A stretch of 64,000 nucleotides of DNA, from positions 992,001-1,056,000 of the forward strand of contig CAVTBR010000001.1 in NCBI GenBank assembly GCA_963733055.1, read 5' to 3'. The DNA comes from Candidatus Bathyarchaeota archaeon. GTDB taxonomy: Archaea; Thermoproteota; Bathyarchaeia; 40CM-2-53-6. Both the position numbers and the translations under genes were made by a program. The notes under the pieces are model-generated. The model was not told the origin of the DNA. It searched no databases and worked only from the letters and a program-made list of their open reading frames with translations. Shown piece by piece: positions 60,575-64,000 of this stretch (positions are counted from its first letter, which is position 1; each line of letters starts with the position of its first letter).

Positions 60575-61792
60575 TTATCTTGCCATTGCTCGATTGAAGA
60601 TTGGTACGGCGATTGCCATAGTGACCACTGAGTATGCTAGGAGCACTAGCAGGTCTGGCATGATGATGTTCACACTCGCATTCAGTATGACTACTTTTCT
60701 GAGTGCGTCCGCCGCGTAGTAGAGAGGGAAAGTCTTTCCGATGTATTGTACGGCTACAGGTAGCTGGTTAATTGGGAACAGTATCCCGCTAAGAAACATC
60801 ATGGGGAACTGAAGCAAGGTTGTCATCATCTGTGCTGTTTCCTGTTCAGGAGCGAGGGAGGTCATGATTATGCCGACGCCGATGAAGCTGGCAACCCCAA
60901 GCACCATGACGAGAAGCATAGTGATAGGACTGCCGTAAATCACTACTCCGAACAGTAGCATTGATAATCCAAGTATTAGGAATCCTTGAATCAATCCGCG
61001 TACTGTTTGAGCTACGATTTTTCCCAAGATGACGGATTGCCTTGGGATGGGTGCGACGAGTAATCCGTCCATTGTTCCTTGTTCTTTTTCTCTAGAGATC
61101 GCAGTGCTGACTCCGTTTAATGCTCCTGTGATGACGGTTAAGGCCATGAATGAAGGGGCCAGATATTCGAAGGATGTTGGGACGCCTGGGATTAAGGGAA
61201 TGTTGGTTACACTGATTGGTTGAAGAACGAATGTGGGGTCAACTTTTGGGTCGAAGTTTTGAAGGTATTGTGTTGATATTTGGCTTTCAATCGCCCCAAA
61301 AATTTCTGCGACTTCAGTTTGAACGGCGGCGGCTACTGTTGGGTTTGTTTGGTCAACAGTTACTTGTACTGTGGCTTGCGCGTCAGACTGAATTGCAGCG
61401 CTGAATCCTTGGGGTATGACCACTATTCCTGACAGTTGGCCCTTCACAATTCCGTTTCTGGCTGTTGAATAATCCGTTATTTCATCCACTTTGAATATTC
61501 CCTGAGATTCAGCGGTTTGAATAAATTGAGCTGCAATGTTACGCGCTGTCTGTCCATTGTCTTGTTGAATTATTGCTATCTCCAAGTTTGGGTATGGTGA
61601 GGGTATTTGCCCACTGTATGGATTTACTTGAACAGAGGGTGGGTAAATGAAACCGAACATTGTCATGAAGAGCAGGGGCATCATGATGAAGAAGATGAGA
61701 AGCATCTTGGCTCGCCATAAATCGAGGAGGTCGCGTTTAGCGATTTCAGTGGTTACTTTCCATCCGCTCACCTGCCTTGTTTTGGTTTGCAC
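60575..61792 (-). CDS. ABC-2 permease with extracellular domain
   Basis: REKEQGT, FLSGILFP. Confidence 0.92.
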   Translation of the reverse strand: MQTKTRQVSGWKVTTEIAKRDLLDLWRAKMLLIFFIMMPLLFMTMFGFIYPPSVQVNPYSGQIPSPYPNLEIAIIQQDNGQTARNIAAQFIQTAESQGIFKVDEITDYSTARNGIVKGQLSGIVVIPQGFSAAIQSDAQATVQVTVDQTNPTVAAAVQTEVAEIFGAIESQISTQYLQNFDPKVDPTFVLQPISVTNIPLIPGVPTSFEYLAPSFMALTVITGALNGVSTAISREKEQGTMDGLLVAPIPRQSVILGKIVAQTVRGLIQGFLILGLSMLLFGVVIYGSPITMLLVMVLGVASFIGVGIIMTSLAPEQETAQMMTTLLQFPMMFLSGILFPINQLPVAVQYIGKTFPLYYAADALRKVVILNASVNIIMPDLLVLLAYSVVTMAIAVPIFNRAMAR

Positions 61793-61794
61793 GG

Positions 61795-62607
61795 TTACAT
61801 TCTCCCGACAGCTTTCATGCTAACGCGGTCTGAGGCTGAATCGCGTAGCTCTCGTCCCGTGACCGTTAGGAAAACTTCAAGCATCGACTCTGTACCATAC
61901 TGTTCCTTGAGCCCCACAACGGTTCCCGTTGCCATGATTTTTCCGTGGTCAATAATCGAAATCCTATCCGACAATTCGTCTGCTTCCTCCATGATGTGCG
62001 TAGTCAGAATAATCGAATGTCCTCCTTTCTTCAGATCCAGTATTGTGTCCCTGACGAACTTCGTGCTTTGCGGGTCAAGCGCAGTGGTCGGCTCGTCTAG
62101 AAAGATGATCTCAGGATCGTGAATTAGGGCACGGATCACGTTCATTCTTTGTCTCATGCCGCTTGAGAAGCCACCTACACTTCGGTCTTTGAAGGGAGTA
62201 AGCTTGACCATCTCTAATAGTTCCTTCACTTTTGACTTCAATTCCGATTTGTCGATTCCGTAGAGTTTGCCGAAGAACATTAGGTTCTGTTCAGCCGTTA
62301 ACCGTGTGTACATGATTAGCTTCTCGGAAACTAATCCAATTCGTTTGCGAACTTCGTTCGCCTCGCTTCCAGTGTCGAATCCTGCAATCGTCGCCGTGCC
62401 CGAAGTTGGCCTAAGTAAGGTGCAAAGCATACGAATGGTTGTACTCTTTCCCGCGCCATTCGGACCAAGAAAGCCATAGATCTCTCCTTTTCGGACGGCG
62501 AGCTCGATGTGGTCGACGGCGGTGAAGTTGCCGAATTTCTTTGTCAGACCGTGAGTCTCAATCGCGTACTGAGATAGCGGAGCGAACTTTGTTCTCTGGA
62601 GCGTCAT
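61795..62607 (-). CDS. ABC exporter ATPase
   Basis: GPNGAGKST, FSSGMRQR, DEPT. Confidence 0.95.
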   Translation of the reverse strand: MTLQRTKFAPLSQYAIETHGLTKKFGNFTAVDHIELAVRKGEIYGFLGPNGAGKSTTIRMLCTLLRPTSGTATIAGFDTGSEANEVRKRIGLVSEKLIMYTRLTAEQNLMFFGKLYGIDKSELKSKVKELLEMVKLTPFKDRSVGGFSSGMRQRMNVIRALIHDPEIIFLDEPTTALDPQSTKFVRDTILDLKKGGHSIILTTHIMEEADELSDRISIIDHGKIMATGTVVGLKEQYGTESMLEVFLTVTGRELRDSASDRVSMKAVGRM

Positions 62608-62692
62608 TACTGTACCTCAATTGATTTTTGACGTATTCCCGAAGGGAGGTTTAGCGGAGCCATCATGCCGTTCCTTATTTTGCGGTTACGTA

Positions 62693-62770
62693 TATCGATG
62701 CGATACTATCTTATCGATAGTTGGCAGCGTGTAATATTAAAATACGTCGCCTGATGTATCGATACGATAC
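62693..62770. promoter_or_regulatory. Repeated TATCGATRCGATAC sites (probable PadR operator)
   Basis: Copies at 62693-62706 and 62757-62770 between the divergent ABC operon and the PadR gene. Confidence 0.65.
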
Positions 62771-62787
62771 GGATACGTGCATGGCTA

Positions 62788-63174
62788 ATGGCGAAAGGAT
62801 TCAAGGCAGGCCCGTATGAGGTAATGTTCTTTCTAGCTATGAAGGATGGACCCGCGTATGGTTATGAGCTCGCTACGCGCTTTAGGAGGATGACTGGAGG
62901 CCACATTAAGATCAGTTTTGGCACAATCTATCCTTTCCTGCGGCGCATGGAGCGCAGACGACTTATCAAATCAACACGCGATGAGAAATCGGGTAGGGTC
63001 TACTATGCGCTTACACGCAAAGGTCGAACGACCCAAACGAAACGATTGCAACGGATAAAGGAATCACAGAAAGAATGGGAAGAGAAATTGCTTGGAATTC
63101 TCGCGATGTATGCGGGAGTATTTGGACGACGAGCCCTTCACGACCTGTTGAGACGTGGAAGAGCGGACAATTAG
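62788..63174 (+). CDS. PadR family regulator
   Basis: GPAYGYEL, SFGTIYPFL..MER, YYALTRKG. Confidence 0.9.
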   Translation: MAKGFKAGPYEVMFFLAMKDGPAYGYELATRFRRMTGGHIKISFGTIYPFLRRMERRRLIKSTRDEKSGRVYYALTRKGRTTQTKRLQRIKESQKEWEEKLLGILAMYAGVFGRRALHDLLRRGRADN

Positions 63175-63298
63175 AGCGGTGCAAGTCCTTGTTGTCTAAC
63201 ATAAGAAAGATGAGGCTTAGCGAAAGCAGAACTTCGAGCGCAACTTTAAAGCCCGCTAATACAATGACGGCAAAACGATTTGGGTGGAGATTATAGAG

Positions 63299-64000
63299 AT
63301 GCGATACGGGAGAACAATCGGCCTATTATTGATCATTTCCTTTGGGATATTTCTGCATTTGGGGCCACAACCCGTTCAGGCAATAGGGGTTGCCAATGTT
63401 GTAGTAACCAACGTATTCTGGGGCGGAAACCCTTCAAGCCCCGACACCGCCCATCCGGGCGACGTTAACCTACAATTGTCAGTTCTGATTACAAACGTTG
63501 GCGACGACGTGGCGCGCAGCGTAAACGCGACCCTCATGATCAGCTCACCATTAATCTACACGTACTTGGTGAATGGAACTCAATACTCCGCCACTTCTAT
63601 TTCCCAAGCTGCTGGCGATATCCAGGCAGGGCAGGGATACACACTCAAGTACACTTTGAGCATCGATCCGTCCGCAACCGAAGGAATCTATCGGACCAGT
63701 CTTGAACTATCATACAAGTCCGCGCGCGAACTCCAAGCGATCGCCACAACTGTGGAGGTGGACGTGCCCGTTTGGAAGGGAGAATTGCATGTTCAGGGAG
63801 TTCAGACGAATCCAACGAAGATCTACCCAGACAGTAAGGCCGTTGTGGTGGCAGTTACGATTGTAAACTCAGGACAGGGGACGGCAAAGGACCTTCAACT
63901 TCAACTAGATCTGACACCACCCTTCACAGCATCCTCTAGCGGATCCGATCAAATCTATGTAGGAAACCTTCCACCTGGTCAGACCACTATGGCAAACTTC
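63299..64000 (+). CDS. Secreted COG1361/CARDB-type S-layer-like protein (runs off window end)
   Basis: Manual translation: signal peptide, WG...AHPGDVN..L...ITNVG...A..VNATL, repeated IVNSG.GTAKD...GNLPPG. Confidence 0.8.
   Translation, partial: MRYGRTIGLLLIISFGIFLHLGPQPVQAIGVANVVVTNVFWGGNPSSPDTAHPGDVNLQLSVLITNVGDDVARSVNATLMISSPLIYTYLVNGTQYSATSISQAAGDIQAGQGYTLKYTLSIDPSATEGIYRTSLELSYKSARELQAIATTVEVDVPVWKGELHVQGVQTNPTKIYPDSKAVVVAVTIVNSGQGTAKDLQLQLDLTPPFTASSSGSDQIYVGNLPPGQTTMANF

Noticed and set aside
1-64000. tRNA, rRNA, CRISPR array, IS element, integrase or prophage
   Set aside because: No cloverleaf, spaced repeat array, transposase, integrase or virion motifs seen by eye; short elements could have been missed

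Overview
Gene-dense archaeal chromosomal segment of about 50% GC. Archaeal markers include UPF0147, UPF0148, Hef, GGPP synthase, F420-type enzymes and TATA-type promoters with short leaders; a Bathyarchaeia/Nitrososphaerota-like aerobic heterotroph is my inference. Main blocks: (1) a sugar-acid/amino-acid catabolic island at 2.4-11 kb with three mandelate-racemase-type enolases; (2) a heme-copper oxidase locus at 24.5-37 kb with subunits II, fused I/III and IV, heme O synthase, four extra cupredoxins, two paralogous Vgb-like beta-propellers and a CxxC membrane protein, but no cytochrome c; (3) many orphan surface proteins and unannotated microproteins; (4) core genes and ABC exporters at 49.5-64 kb. 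Two window-wide patterns stand out. First, a promoter architecture of TTCYAC boxes at fixed spacing before the TATA box precedes about eight orphan Tyr/Cys-rich, zinc-finger, basic or membrane genes, suggesting a regulon. Second, all 11 apparent frameshifts can be placed in or next to CGCG, suggesting a methylation-linked sequencing artefact rather than pseudogenes. I found no tRNA, rRNA, CRISPR array or mobile element.
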